Source: Haliotis rufescens (Eukaryota). Taken from it: a stretch of 64,000 nucleotides of DNA. The stretch is from NCBI RefSeq assembly GCF_023055435.1, contig NW_025963890.1:34472001-34536000 (forward strand), in the 5' to 3' direction. Positions 39,821 to 52,720 of this stretch are shown here, piece by piece (position 1 is the stretch's first letter; each line of letters begins with the position of its first letter). The notes under the pieces were generated by a model, which saw only the letters and a list, made by a program, of their open reading frames with translations, was not told where the DNA came from and ran no database searches. The translations under genes were made by a program, and so were the position numbers.

Positions 39821-42800
39821 ATATTGTCAACGAATATTATCAATGCTCTCATGTTTAAATTTTGCTGTAACAATTGATATCATATGATGTAATGTCTGAG
39901 TGTGTCTGATTAGATAGGCTATTAAGACAGCTTTATAGCTGCAGTGTACATGACTGTCTATGCGTGCATATGATCACCATGTCACTTGCCGCATGTTTTG
40001 TTCTGAAATGTTTTACTGTGTCAACTCTACGATACCCATCTGTGATATTTGTGATGAATGTTGTTTTCTACAATTTATAGTTTAAAGGTAGTCGTAATGT
40101 AATGTCTACTTTGATCTCATTTACACAACCATGTATGTTTTTGTGTAAGAGAAATAACAAAATGCTCAAAGCCTTATCACCGCAATGTAAAATACAAGCA
40201 ACGTTTAATATTGGGATAGCAAGTCAAGTGTGTAGGATTTCATTACTCTGAAAATAAAGATATAATTTTAAAAACACCTGGTTGAAGTCACTATTAGCTC
40301 GTAATTTCACCACCTTGAAAAGCAAGATGATTTCTGTCATTTTGTTGAATGTTGTCCAATGTGTAATCCGATTCTCAGACTGGGTGCTTTTATCTGTTTA
40401 CTGGAGTGTGTAAAATTATACTCCAAGCCAGAATGTTTTCATATTCATGTTTTGCATGTTTTGCTTGTGGCAGTTTGAAATCTAACAAAACATAATGTTT
40501 GTTCAGAAAATGGGGATTTTATACCGCTTGAATCAATCCAATATCAAATGACCGAGATAAGGAAAACATGCTGTTGTGCTTCAGTGCATTTCTGGGGACA
40601 CTTTGTTGTGTAAACATTGTGTAATATGAATGAATATATATAATATTTACTGTGTTTATTTTTTCAAATATTCCTTCATACTTATATGATGCTATACACA
40701 GTGTATGAATACTCGAACTAATGCGCATGGAAGCTGTCACACCTGGTACCAACGATTTGAATGACACTTAGTCTATATACCTATATCGTGCAACTCTAGG
40801 ATCCTGACATACCTCAGATCATCATGAAAGGCAAACACCTCTGTTCAGTCATGTCCTTGTTGTGATCATTTTGACCCTGAAAATTTGTCACTGACACTAT
40901 AACACATTATACCTCTTCATGTTGCACCTCTTTGTCTGCTAATATTTCTTTTTATGGCCAAAAATATCCATATTGCGTTTCTGTTTTTGAAGAGTATATA
41001 TGAATGGACCACTGAAATCAGTGATGACACCAGGTGTTCGCAAAAAGGGTAAGCATGCCCTGCCCTACCGGTAGCAAGCGCCAGTAATAAAATTTGCATA
41101 AAAAGTGTCTTCTGCCATGCGACGTCAGTCTGTAAACAAACCTGACAATCAAGTGATCGATGAACCAAAACATCCAGAAACACGAGAGTACCATACTGAT
41201 TTTGTTGAAACTAATAAAAACGATATGTGAATTATTAATTACGTCAGCTGTGTACAAGTGCAGACATTTTGCTGCTTATAAGTAAAGAAAAACGTTAAGA
41301 AATATGTTCGTTTTGCAACACAGTGAGCGCAGTTTTAAAGTCTCATTAAAACACTCCTCACGGCAAAGATATGTAACTTCATAGTATTTGTGCCGTCTAA
41401 GACATTTTCATTAGGCAACCAGCAAGTCCGCGTTAGGTAACCCATACCCTGAGGAGTTACCAATCCCTTTAAATGAGGTTTCAGGTTTTGAACAGGGAAA
41501 ATTCGGGGACCTGAAAGCCAACTGTCTGTCTTGTCCTGAATCTGTTCAATGAAAGTTGACCTGGACTCGGTATCACCTGTTTGGTCGGACAGGAAAGCTT
41601 TTGTCAGGCGATCATCTTGTAGTCGGACACCTCTCAGTGTGCAGTTACATATGCAGCTTATTGCCGTCCCTCCAAGGCGGGATGCATCGTGTTTTATTAA
41701 GATCACGTGAACCAATCAGATCTCATCATTCTGAGGTATGATAATTACGTATACACGTAATACATAAAGTATATACATAAATATACATAGATACGTGTAT
41801 ATGGACAAAGTAAATATATGTCGAACATGACATGAATTGATTGACGGTGATTGATAAACATAACATTTAATAATATGCATGGGACAATTTGCATATGATT
41901 GAATTAGTTTTGAATTTCGCATACACTACTTTAACCCACCCTGTCTAATTACACTACCAGAGTAAGTATTCACACACACAATACAGTGTACGTCAGTCAT
42001 GATACATATTCCAACGTGCAAGATCATAACATAGTTCAACATGATTGACATAATCTATTCACAACAGTATTACAAAGAAAATATTGAAATGTACCCACAG
42101 GTATGACATGTTCAAATAACCAAACTAATTGCATATATTTAAGATTTAAAACAGTAACACATTGTAGACATTTGCTTACCTGAGATAATAAATATTCAAC
42201 CACAGAGCGCAGATGATCGAGATTTCTGGTTAAAATTCGTAGGAAGTTTTTATTGTGAAGTTTAGTTAATTCAACTCAACAGAATTGTATAAATCGCGTT
42301 TCATCCGTCTTAGATATTGGAACGTTGTCTGTTTCTCATCTCCCGCCCCTATAAATTCACCTGAAGCTCTTTCAATTTCTAAATATATACCACATGGTAT
42401 TTGTATGACGCTATTTAAAAATATAGCCATCAATTTTCACAATTGAAATTAATTTTGAAAATCACTATCGAATGTATAGAATGAAACTCCGAAAATCTTT
42501 TAAAGGAACATGGGAATAAAACTGAATAGTAATTGACAAAACTATATAGAACTTGATCATGAATCCAATTTTGAATTAATATTGTATTCTTTTAAAATTC
42601 ACTTGATAGTAGGTCGTTTTAAAATTAATTCTGCGCACAGCCACCACTTGCAGCTTGGGTTGAGTGAGTTGATCAATTCTAGGTCCGGGCACTGGCATAC
42701 ATGCAACAGGAAGAAGATCAAATTCAGTTAAGACCGGACACTGTTTAAATACGCACGTGCCCATCGTTGCTTTCTTGAATTCCGAAGCACGCCGTGGGGA

Positions 42801-44404
42801 GTCACGAATATAGTTGGTCCAAAATACCATATTCTTGGATGAAGCGGTCAGACTCGGTGACTTGGGTTATTACGTGTCATCGCACCCCGACGACGATGGT
42901 CCTTTCTCCTAATGTCAACCTCTGGTTTGCCTGGCCCAGATTCGATTATTTGCAAAATGAATGAAAATAAATGAAATATTGTTAAACTATATTAACTCAG
43001 TCGCTCACTTTGTAAAAGCATAATTTATGACTTATTGTTTATAAATGAGTATTTTGAAGACTTTGCTCAAATAGATTGCCATAGGACTAGTGACATCACA
43101 GGAAAACCTTTCTACAGTCTAAATTGAAAGTTCTTTTATGCAATGGTAGCATGTATATCAACTATGTTGTATATGTGTGAAGTACGGGGAAATATCTGGT
43201 GCCAGACCGCATATTTTTTAGAAACTTGGTGAAAATGAATGGGGTAACAACTGTGTGATGGTGTTTGTGATATGACTGGAAGGTGCCTCTAAGCTTTATA
43301 GACGGGCAACACTTGTTACAAAAAGCTCAATTAATAGCTTGTATATATTTGTATATATGTTTAATCACTAATTTCATACCTATGGATGAGTCTTGAAGTT
43401 GTTTCTAGTGGTGGTCTTTTCAGTACAAAGAAATCCAGCCCATCTCATTGTAGTCCAGCTCCCGTGCCATATTCATACAGCAAACAGTTAATCGGCAGGT
43501 TTCATGACAAGTCTTGCCTCTAAAACCCGTCCACACAACCTTTAACTTTATAACCATGGGAAGCAACTCTGCAAAGCTAATCGCCTTAAACGACTAAGAC
43601 GCCCGTGCCCCCTACACATTAAAACCTTATACACATACAGTACGTCCGTGTGGGAACAGTGAGTGCTTATTAAGCGCAAATCCTCATTCTTATAGTTTAA
43701 ACAGATACCGTTTTTGCCAGGAGAACATAGGGCTAAACATAGTGTATTGTCTCGGCTACAAATGTACTATATTTGATAGTGCGGCAAGATCCACACAAAA
43801 CACCACGACATGTTTAACCCGGGTAACATGATGAACCTAATTGTTAGACTGTGACCCTGTTAAAAACCTGCTTAAAGAGCTTTTATTAGGTCAGTTTTTA
43901 CAAGCTCAGTGAGGTAGCGCTAAATTTCATTGAAAACAATATATAGTATGTTCAGAATAGATAGAACATAATCTTCAGTCTCCCTAAGAAAGAATGGTAA
44001 ATGGACATAAATAATGTCCCATGGTTGACAGTGTTTTGTCGGAGGGAACAATATACACACGGACACATGCTGGGCCACACGCTATTGTGATACAATAGCA
44101 GCACGTTTAAACACTATGCTTCAAAAATAGGTTGACAAAGATTGAGGTATTAAGAAACAAACCCTATCTTGCTTGAATTCCAGAAATAAAGATACAGGGT
44201 AATAGAAATGAGAAGCCATATGGTAGTTAATTATGTTGTAAGCGTAATTTCATCTCTGGTCACTAAGCTGTTAACGTTTTTATGTTCGATTTGAGCCACA
44301 CATGTCGAGTTAAATTATTGCGTTCCATCATTATCATTCCTTACACGAATGTTTTTGTTGTTGAAACTTTAATTTTGTGGTTGATTTTGGTTCTACCATT
44401 GCAG

Positions 44405-45400
44405 GTGCTTCCAAGATACACAGTCCCCACTGTGCTGAGTGTGTAGAATGTTACTCCTTGCCGTTTGTTATTCTCATGAAAATGATTCGTTATAAACTGC
44501 AAATTTCTAATTTAACTCGAGAATCGCGACTGTCGGTTTCGCAAAGCTCCATTTTTGTTACATGACCAGCGTATATTCTTTCTCTTCCAACAGCGGTCTC
44601 GGAGTTATCAAGAATATGTTTTGTTAAAATTGATTTTGTATATATTCATAATTATCCAAATGTATGATAAAGAATGTCAATGACCTCAAATATTTTTTTA
44701 TTACTTTTGGTTATATTTTGTAAGATTTTGCAAACTCGGAACTACTTTTTGAGTCGCAATTCCAAGGGTTGGTGAACAATGCGTTTTAGGTAGGGAGAAT
44801 TTACGTTTCAACGTTTGTATTTGCATTGAAAAATAATTCAGGAAGACAACTAAACATAAAGTACATAATAAATAGGATATTCCATGTGTCTCGTGACACA
44901 TTGTTACCCTCATCGACTGAGGGTTTGTATTTTTTCGAGTGATGTGATTTACTTTCAACAGTTAGTAAATAACAATTTATAGCTAAAATATATTTTTTCG
45001 ATAATGACTGTTAGGGCAGTTAGATCTATTTGCGGGGAAAACAGTGATAACGTGAAGGAATGCTTTAATATTTATACGCAGCATTTACTGAAATGCATCT
45101 AATGTTTAGATATATTGCTTTGTGTATTGGTACCTTATGTATCCCCTTCATTATTTCAGGTGTTGGGTGCAGATTTCTGTACTGATTACTGTATCCACAA
45201 ACATTGATTGTATTGATGTCGTAACTAGGTCATTTATCGCATCTGTTCTTGTAATACAGAAGGCGGTCAGCATCGGAATTACAACATATCTCTAAAGATT
45301 GCTTATCATGGTTATACACTGGTTCCTATATTTGTAAACTGGCGGTTCCAAAGGCCATCAATATCAAGTGTAAATCCAGCACAGACCAGTTACCTATTTT
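44405..45400 (+). pseudogene. Pseudogene of the EGF-repeat family lacking signal-peptide exons and nearly all of the ectodomain exon
   Basis: 44405-44455 (GASKIHSPHCAECVECY) matches the G6 exon start. ~44955-45160 matches the G4 last intron. 45160-45400 matches the G4 terminal exon with deletions and stops. ~44170-44350 matches the G4 upstream region (~37900-38090). Confidence 0.85.
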
Positions 45401-45822
45401 CAAGAACCGTAGCTAACTCAATGGTCTCTAGTTCAAATTGTGCTGTAAATATTGGAGGACAGTTGATATCCGTTCATCTAATGTTAGAGTCACTATTAGC
45501 TCGTTGCTCCACCAGCTTGAAAAGCAAGATGATTTCTGCCATTTTGTTGAATGTTGTCCAATGTGGAATCCACCCATCTCAGACTTGGCACACCAATACA
45601 CACGGGAAAGTACCCACATTAATATCATTAGGTATTATTGGTTACTGGTTTAAATCTAACCCGGTGTTTGATGTGCAGTGAACATATGTGTTCAGTAATC
45701 GTTTAAGTGTCTTTACAATAACATTTTTATGTTTAGGATTTGGCAATTTGGAATACAACACAACAGAAAGTGTGTTCAGAGAATGGCGATTATATATCTC
45801 TTAAATCAATCCTTTATCAAAT

Positions 45823-45985
45823 GGGGGCGGTTGGGTAGCCTAGTGGTTAAAGCGTTCGCTCGTCACGCCGATGACCCGTGTTCGATTCCCGACATGGGTA
45901 CAATGTGTTAAGCCCATTTCTGGTGTCCCCCGCCGTGATGTTGCTGGAATATTGCTAAAAGCGGCGTAAAACCAAACTGACCCAG
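45823..45985 (+). mobile_element. tRNA-derived SINE family B, full length
   Basis: GGGTAGCCTAGTGGTTAAAGCG (A box), GTTCGATTCC (B box), CTGGAATATTGCTAAAAGCGGCGTAAAACC; absent from the paralogous G4 flank at ~40548. Confidence 0.9.
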
Positions 45986-45986
45986 C

Positions 45987-46126
45987 CACCTTTACCACAT
46001 GACCTGGACAAGGAACACCCACCTTTACCACATGACCTGGACAAGGAACACCTGCCTTTACCACATGACCTGGACAAGGAACACCCACCTTTACCACGTG
46101 ACCTGGACAAGGAACACCTGCCTTTG
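45987..46126. repeat. 33-bp minisatellite, ~4 copies
   Basis: (CTTTACCACATGACCTGGACAAGGAACACCCAC/TGC)x4 read directly. Confidence 0.93.
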
Positions 46127-47716
46127 TACACGCTTCAGTGCATTTCAGGGGACAGCGTTGTGTAAACATTTTGTAATATGAATGCATATCTATTCTATGT
46201 ACTGTCTGAATGTTTTCAAATATTCCTCCCAAGTGGTTAGGATGTGATATGATTGAATACCCTGAATACTCGCACTCGTGTACATATATTTTAAGTGTGC
46301 ATATAAGTTGATACAGTCATTTATATCGTAAAACCATTTGATCCTGGCACAACTTAGATCTTCTTTATAGGCCAATTGGTCGGTACAGTCTTATCAACCG
46401 GATGAATTTATAGTGATAGGATAGGATAAATAATACATATTATAAACACTCCTTTCGGAAAAGAAAATTTGACATATAAATTAATAACAATTGAGTCGTC
46501 TGTGACATTTTTATTGAGCACCCATGGGGGCTTTGATTCACGGAAGGACTTTGACATATAGTAATGCTTACCCGGGGAATTACCAAACCCTTTAAGATGC
46601 GATTGCAGGTCCTTGATAAAGATCTGAACAAGGTGAATTCGGGGAACTGAAAGCCAGATCCTTCTCCAATGCAGGTTGACCTGCACTCGGTACCACCCTG
46701 GTGGTCGGACAGGAAAACTTATATCAGGCGACATCACTGCAGTGGCATTTGCAGTTTATTGTTGTGTCAGTGTCAGACAACGACGATACACCAGTTACCC
46801 TCTGTGTGAAGTGATCCTCAAATTGCGGGGTTGCTTGGGCTGGATGTCAGTGGCGAGAAGTTCATGTATAAATCCTCTGTCAGTAACTGGTGCTGCCGCA
46901 GACTGTCTATCTGCTTGAGAAATATCCTGGCGTGGCCTGTACCAGGAAGTTTAGGTACCAAGTTCTCTACATATACAATACTGGCAGGCTGTGGTTGAGG
47001 TGGCACACTGTTGATCTCGACTGACAGATCACTATCTGTGTTGATACCAGATGTATAATGGTCGTTAGATCATCGAATGGTTCGACAAAGTCGCTGGTGT
47101 TGTTGCCCGATCATGTTGTTACGTCGGGTGACTCGTCAGGGTCTTGCTGCTTGTGTTGTAATTAGTGGGTTGGTGTAGGCCGATTTTGGTTCCCCGCCAT
47201 TTTTGAACCAGAGAGATGGGGAATCAACTCATTAAGTAAAGGGAACCACTGTACACGATCAGTTTTTGTCCACTTTTTTATGTTAACAAAAGTATAAGCA
47301 ATAAAGATGTTGACTGCATATCTGTTCTCCGTGTAATAAAAATTACATATACACAGCTGAAACACTCCCATTTACACAAATAACATAATGACAACACAGC
47401 CATTTACCCAATTACACAATAACATAAATAAAAACCCAGCATCAAAATTTAAATGGTTCTTAACATTATTTGCTCATACTTGCATCATACAACATGCCTT
47501 TATCTGACGTGCCAACGTCCTATTATCATTTATACTATTCTTAACAATGAAATGATATAATCACGTGTACATAAAGTGTACATCACTTCTGTCTTTCCTT
47601 CCCCAACAACACAGCACGCCGTTAAATAAGTGAAATACTGTTCAAAGCCGCGTTATACCTATTCAAATTAGGGTCAGAATGTTATTTATCAAATACCTGC
47701 AATACCCCCATCCCAC

Positions 47717-47795
47717 CTCACACACACACACACTAACACACACACACACACACACTCTCTCTCTCTCTCTCATACACACTCACACACACACTCAC
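47717..47795. repeat. Compound (CA)n/(CT)n microsatellite
   Basis: Direct inspection. Confidence 0.95.
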
Positions 47796-49242
47796 AGGCG
47801 CGCGTTCAGTTAAAAACGGACACATGTGCCCTCCGTTGCTTTGATCAATTCCGAAGTACTCCGTGGGAATTCAAGGGTATAGAATGGGGCCGATGTAGCC
47901 TATTCTTGTCGTGAGAGGCGATTTAGACAGATCAATTGTCAGATTGAGGTAAAGTGCATTTATATGTCACACGTTACATAAGCTGTGTATGTACAAACAT
48001 TAGGCATATAATTGAAAAGTAAATTCCAGGCATTTAATGTTTATGATATACACTAAGACAGTGAAACACATATATACATAAAATATAAGAATGATACTAT
48101 TTGTATCCTGTGTAAAACAATATTGCGCATGGTATATTTCAGTCACATCGTGAGGAGAGAAGGTTCTATATTAAAAGTAAATACTCTTAGACTGTATAAA
48201 ATCTTGTCGTCGAAGGACAGTAAAATAACCAGAACATCACAGATTTTATTTATAACTAGTATGTAACCATAAAAAGATATTACTATACAGAACAATACAG
48301 ATGGCCAGCAACTGAAGGTAGATCAGCATACTGGGGACCTTGCTGCGTGCATGGACCCCAACAGGATTTACACCATCCCTTCAGTAAAGGCGATTGTACG
48401 CAGGCTTAGCCACAATTAAAATGACAAATATTCTGCGCTCCAAGTAGTAGATAAAAATGCATGGAGAGTGTCTAGACAAATTGGTTTCCAGTATTAAAAC
48501 GGGGCGTGTTTAAATATTCTTTGAATGACATGGACTTAGGATATCCCATCATGGGGACATTCATTTTACACTACTGTGATTCTGTAACACCGCTTTGAAA
48601 AACATTCAGCTCGTTAAATTCTCTTTCATTGTTGATACAGTTTGCTCTACGATTTAGGTGTTTCACCATTGAACCCACCGTGAATGGTATGGAGTAGTTG
48701 CCGGTGTCTGAAGACTCTCGTCATTCATTGCGTATTATTACTGCCAGTCACACATGTAGTGTGTGTATTTGTGCAACCAAAGTCAGAGGAGTCGTCGATA
48801 CGGTTGTCAGATATGTGTACAGTCCCGCAACTATTTGAGTATTTGTACGTAAAGTGACAGTAACTCGTCAAGTGGATATTTCATTACATTACGGATATCA
48901 TTAATTACGACTTTGCAAGGTACGTAATTTCACACAAGAAATACAGTTTCAACCTGATCTGAGGGTTGACGAACTGGTAAACACAACCTCTAGATCTGTG
49001 TCTACCTTTTTCCGGAACCCAGGTGATCATATTTCTAGAAATTGTTGATTTGTGTTGTCGTACTTCCACGATGTTGCTCTAATATCAATGACTGGTTTGT
49101 CTGGTCCAGAATCGGTTATTTGCGGGTCGCCGCTAGATAGCTAGAACATTGCTGCACGGCGGTGTTAAACAACACTCATTCATTCAAGTCATATGAAAGC
49201 AACTATGTTCCAGGTGCATGTCTCGAATGACAAGCCGTCACT

Positions 49243-51099
49243 ATGGCCCAAATTGGACGAATAACTTTAGTAAGTGGATATCTTGTTTTTATATTTGCTT
49301 CAAATGACAGGTCTATAACGGTATATGAATATTAACAACTTACCTTTATAAAATGTACTTCGTTAAATTCATTTTAGCTATAATGGATGCTAAATGTAGG
49401 ATATTTAGGCCCATTTTAGTTATTTCGAAATATTTGCAATAAGCCTTACTTAACGAATGGTCAAATGTTATAATGATGAGTAAATGAATTGTGCTTCATT
49501 TTCCCCTTTAGGGTGTTCTAGTGACAGTGGTTGGGATTGTCGTAGATACAGCAGGTGGGTATTAAGTCTGTGTTTCATAATTTCATATTTAGTATGGACA
49601 GTACTTGGATGGGTAATTAATTAACACCGAACTATGTTAATCTGCCTGGTTGGTCTCATGCTTGCTTCATCTTATAACGGGGCGATAGGGTAGCCAAGTG
49701 GTTAAAGCGTTAGCTCGTAAAGGTTCGATTCCCCACATGAGTACAATGTGTGCAGCTCATTTTTGGTGTCCCCCGCCGTGATGTTGCTGGAATTAACGGA
49801 CGTTAGACCATTACTCACTCACTCACTCACTCCATCTTCAATTTTTAGGTGCAGCTGATGTGGACATTGCAAGGTGCATGAGAGAGTCCAATGGCAACTG
49901 TCTTGAGTGTCAGTACGGATGGTATGGGCCTCAGTGTTTGAATAAATGTCGATTTTGCTCGACCACTGGATGTGATCAAACAGGGATATGTGAACAATGT
50001 CAGGCTGGTAGCTCTGGGAAATATTGTAACTCCAGTTGCCCTGATCACTGCAGACCGGCTAGAGATAGAAGTGTGAACTGTGAACGGGATACTGAGAAGT
50101 GCCAGGAAGGATGTAGGCGTGGCTGGTGGGGGGACACGTGTAACCAAGCATGTAGCACACACTGTAGGGAGGGAGCATGTCTCCAGATCAATGGGGACTG
50201 TATCGGTGATTGTGAGGATGGTTGGTGTGGAGTCCAGTGTATTACAGCATGTCCACAAGGATGTGTAAATAAAAGTTGTTCTTTCCTTGGCAAATGTTTA
50301 GATGGTTGCAGTGCTGGTCTGTGGGGAGAGGAATGTGATAAGACTTGTAGTAAGGCTACCGCAAAGTGCTTCCAGGGTAATGGCACCCGTACGGGTGAAT
50401 GTAAGGACGGATGGTACGGATTGCAATGCGATACAGTCTGTTCTGTAGGTTGCCTGACGGGGAAATGTGATGCGCGATCAGGGAGGTGCGAAGGTGGATG
50501 CAAAGTAGGTACCTATGGGGAAACATGTGAGCGTGAATGTAGCTTACAGTGTCGGGGTTCCCAGTGTGATAATAGTGGAAGGTGTGTGCAAGGTTGTGAG
50601 GCAGGGTTTCAGGGCAGCTCCTGCACAGCAGCATGTCCCTTCAACTGCCTGGCATGTGAACAAGACACAGATGTCTGCACAAAATGTAAAATAGCAACTC
50701 GTTGTCAATCAGCTCAGTCTGATATTTCAGGTTTGTATTCCTATGATTTCAAAGTACAACTGTAACATATCGTTCAGCCATGTGTATATATAATCAACAA
50801 GAGTTTTCTATAATGAGCTACGATGTGTGTTAAGCTATAAGCTATGTTCTAACAGTCGTTACATATATTTGCTTGTCTTCAAATTGAAGATGCCTTTCAA
50901 CTTCAAGAAAAGGCAATGGTGATAATAAAACTAAGATATATGCATTAATGCATAGTTTGACACTAATGATAATAACATACCTATTCTCTCCCTTTCAGGT
51001 AGCAGATGCTTCCATATTGCTACTATTTTAATCGAAGCCTCAGTGATAATCAGTTTGATCGGTGAGGTCGTACTGAATAGAAGCACATCATCAGTTTGA
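49243..51099 (+). CDS. G5: EGF-like-repeat surface protein, probable GPI anchor, ~350 aa; exons 49243-49269, 49512-49554, 49849-50730, 50999-51099
   Basis: MAQIGRITL|GVLVTVVGIVVDTA|GAADVDIARC, EGF repeats in ORF 49860..50765, tail GSRCFHIATILIEASVIISLIGEVVLNRSTSSV*. Confidence 0.86.
49679..49831 (+). mobile_element. SINE family B in G5 intron, ending just upstream of the splice acceptor
   Basis: GGGTAGCCAAGTGGTTAAAGCG..GGTTCGATTCCCCACATG..(ACTC)n. Confidence 0.85.
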
Positions 51100-52570
51100 C
51101 CAAACAGAAAGAGGTATTACATTCAAGGACTGTTTGGCAGTTGGCAGTTGGCAGTTTCACGAGGCTGTCAACATCCACAGTATCAAGGAGAAAGCAAAAT
51201 CGCTGCATTGTGTATATCTATTAAGCTTACCTACTACGTGACTGTTGATCTCGAAAGAGTGATCTGTACATAGTAACTGAACTGAAAATGTCGTTGTACA
51301 TGTCGTTTATGAGCATATCAAATTCATATCAGGTGTCCCGGTGAAGTGGTTATTCATTTCAATGAGAATGTGTACATTTACACTTTTTTTTTGTCTGTGT
51401 ATTTATTATTGTAAGTTGTAGCAGTAATAGTGTCAACAACGATCAGTTCTACATGCAAGAAGTTCCATCCGTCGTGAAAAAAACTGTTCCATGGGAATAA
51501 TTCCCCTAGAGAAATAGAGTACAAAGAAATGGTTTCACTGCAGGAATGAACAATTCTTTGACGGTAGCGCATATCAATTATGTGTATTGCACATACGGCC
51601 GAAGCCCAAATTCATATTATGCACGTTTGCACATGTTAGATGTTGGTATACCAGTTTCTGCTTTTCACAGCTACATTGAAAATATCGAAACGTCGCAGCT
51701 CGTTTAGTTAAACAGTTGACTTATCTACTGATTCATGGATAAGATATTTACTGGGTATATACTCCCTTAAAACGTTTTCTAATCGAGGGGCAAATACACA
51801 GGACATGAAACAAGTCCTCAGTGAGGTTTACAGCGGGAACACAGGCGATGGGAGTAGGGCGCCCGACATCTTTATTCATTTGACTTGCAATTCGAGTACG
51901 AACAAAACAATTTGCAAATTATACAAAAATGAGTAAGCTGTAAGATAATTGTGTTATAGTAATAGCTGTTACTATTAACTGTATATATGTATCATATGTA
52001 CATACTAGACCATTCCTTGAGGAATATATATGTTCCAGTGATGTAGTCTCGATATCAAGAAGTAAAAGTTCTGACCACCATAGCAAAGTGCGTTACATCG
52101 AACATCTCTTTTTAAAGGGCACATATTATCTTTCATATTTTTGCCTTTATGTATTCTTATTGATGAATAATTTGATTGTTTACATGTGTATACATCGTAA
52201 GTGTAGAAGAGAACAATTCAACAGTTTCACCTTTATAACTTATTGAACATTCATAGTATAATCTCTACCCATCGATATGTGCTACGTTATGTGTTATAGT
52301 CTTCTATATTTAAGACGCGAATCTACCGTTACCAATATGTATTATACTGGAAGATCTAGACGTTGTAAGATTATTGTGTCTGAATATTTTAGCTATTTTG
52401 TTCCATTCATTTTAACAACCTGTTAATAGTCAATGGAATAAATGGCAATGAATGTATATACAAAATTAAAGGTTTACTAAATGAGTGTGTATATTGTCTG
52501 TTATTGCTTCATTAAACAATTGCCTGTTGTTGTTTCAGTCAATAACAGTCCCCAACAGTCGTTTGGAGTG

Positions 52571-52720
52571 ACGGGCGATTGAGCAGCCTAGTGGTTAAAG
52601 TGTTCGCTCGTCACGCCGAAGATCCGGGTTTAATTCCCCACATGGGTACAATGTGTGAAGCCCATTTTGGGTGTCCCCCGCTGTGTTATTGCTGGAATAC
52701 TGCAAAAAGCGGCGAAAAAG
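52571..52720 (+). mobile_element. SINE family B
   Basis: GCAGCCTAGTGGTTAAAGTGTTCGCTCGTCACGCCGAAGATCCGGGTT..GCGGCG. Confidence 0.85.

Larger units (their letters stand above)
44955..46740 (+). repeat. Local segmental duplicate of the G4 3' region (~39330-41615)
   Basis: Colinear shared blocks, e.g. GTCACTATTAGCTCG..TTGAAAAGCAAGATGATTTCTG (40287/45489) and GTTGACCTG.ACTCGGTA.CACC.T..TGGTCGGACAGGAAA (41555/46675). Confidence 0.85.

Noticed and set aside
41400-41615. Possible retroelement relic (also ~46490-46735)
   Set aside because: Clearly duplicated within the G4/pseudogene segment, but the protein motifs are too decayed to classify.
45823-45895. tRNA genes at SINE heads (also 22197, 49679, 52571)
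   Set aside because: A/B boxes are present, but each continues into a shared SINE body and tail, and no complete cloverleaf was evident.
17960-51099. TGA stops of G3 and G5 as selenocysteine with the hairpin as SECIS
   Set aside because: The hairpin lacks the AUGA/GA quartet and SECIS dimensions, and the TGAs fall where a GPI signal would end.
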